NCBI RefSeq assembly: GCF_001194135.2
Contig: NC_068991.1
Coordinates: 22,542,158 to 22,606,157 of the forward strand
Direction: 5' to 3'
DNA length: 64,000 nt
DNA from: Octopus bimaculoides
Lineage: Eukaryota
Numbering within the stretch: position 1 is the stretch's first letter; every line of letters starts with the position of its first letter. The position numbers and the translations under genes were made by a program. Below, piece by piece: positions 63,175-64,000 of this stretch. Below the pieces are notes generated by a model that made no database searches, had not been told where the DNA came from, and saw nothing but the letters and a program-made list of their open reading frames with translations.

Positions 63175-63775
63175 GCAAGGTTTTGGCAGAATTGTTAGAA
63201 TAACAGGCAAAATGCCTTGCAGCATTTGTTCTGGCTATTTTCATTCTTAGATCAGATCCTGCTGAGGTGAACTTTGCTTTTTCTTCTTCCAGAGTTTGCT
63301 TATGATAGAAATGATTATTACTTCTATTTTTAGGATGGGTGATTGGCACAATCATTAGAATCTCAGACAAAATGTCTTGTGGTAACTGTTCCAGCTCTTA
63401 AAGTTCTGATTTCAAATCATGTCAAGGTCATGATTTGTTATACATTATTTCATAGTTGATAAAATGAAGTACTGGTCAAAAATTATGATTGTTTTAATTT
63501 GTTAGCTCCTTTGCCCAATTTCTTACTTTATGCAACATTACTTCCATTCTTTTTTCAAATTCCAAGGTCAACTTTGCCTTTCATCCTGTTGGAGTTGATA
63601 AATTAATTACTAATTAAGTACTGGGATTGATATATCAACCACCCACTCAAAATTGCTGTCTTTGTATGTAAACAAGATGTTATTATTAATATTCACTGCA
63701 GGTAGGGCAGCAAGCTGGCAGAATTGTTAGTACACCAGGCAAAATGCTAAGCAGCATTTCATCCATTTTGTTCTG
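62380..63775 (+). mobile_element. Cluster of about five degenerate SINE copies (42440-43520 family)
   Basis: Repeated ggcagaattgttag, ctgagttcaa/ttcaaattc and aagtacca modules. Confidence 0.7.
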
Positions 63776-63823
63776 GAGTGCTAACAATTCTGCCAGCATG
63801 CTGCCCTACCTGCAGTGAATATT

Positions 63824-64000
63824 CATCATCATCGTTTAACGTCCGCTTTCCATGCTAGCATGGGTTGGACGATTTGACTGAGGACTGGTGAAACCGGATG
63901 GCAACACCAGGCTCCAGTCTGATTTGGCAGAGTTTCTACAGCTGGATGCCCTTCCTAACGCCAACCACTCAGAGAGTGTAGTGGGTGCTTTTACGTGTCA
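63824..64000 (-). mobile_element. RTE 3' end (runs off the window)
   Basis: catcatcatcgtttaacgtccgctttccatgctagcatgggttggacg..., nearly identical to 20580-20755. Confidence 0.9.

Overview
Eukaryotic, AT-rich, repeat-dense animal genomic DNA from a gapped draft assembly. The SINE, RTE-LINE and MITE families look like those I recall from Octopus, probably O. bimaculoides; that assignment is an inference from memory, not a search. The only host gene I can support is three + strand coding exons of a PACS-family gene (phosphofurin acidic cluster sorting protein, PACS1/2-like) at 40443-40568, 44103-44259 and 61974-62149. They splice in frame only if the 17.7-kb second intron uses a GC donor or a very weak GT donor. 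The rest is intron, containing a decayed RTE LINE with a PHD-like finger inside the RT, a DD37D maT transposon with a nested RTE, a piggyBac relic and TTAA MITEs, hAT/Charlie MITEs with 8-bp TSDs, a Helitron-like 3' end, many tRNA-derived SINEs and microsatellites. The most interesting signals are hammerhead ribozyme motifs of the Penelope/retrozyme type. One lies in a 357-bp unit bounded by 25-bp direct repeats; another lies inside a tRNA-headed SINE. There are also several fold-back inverted duplications that would form dsRNA in the pre-mRNA. Repeat boundaries are approximate unless a TSD or TIR is quoted.
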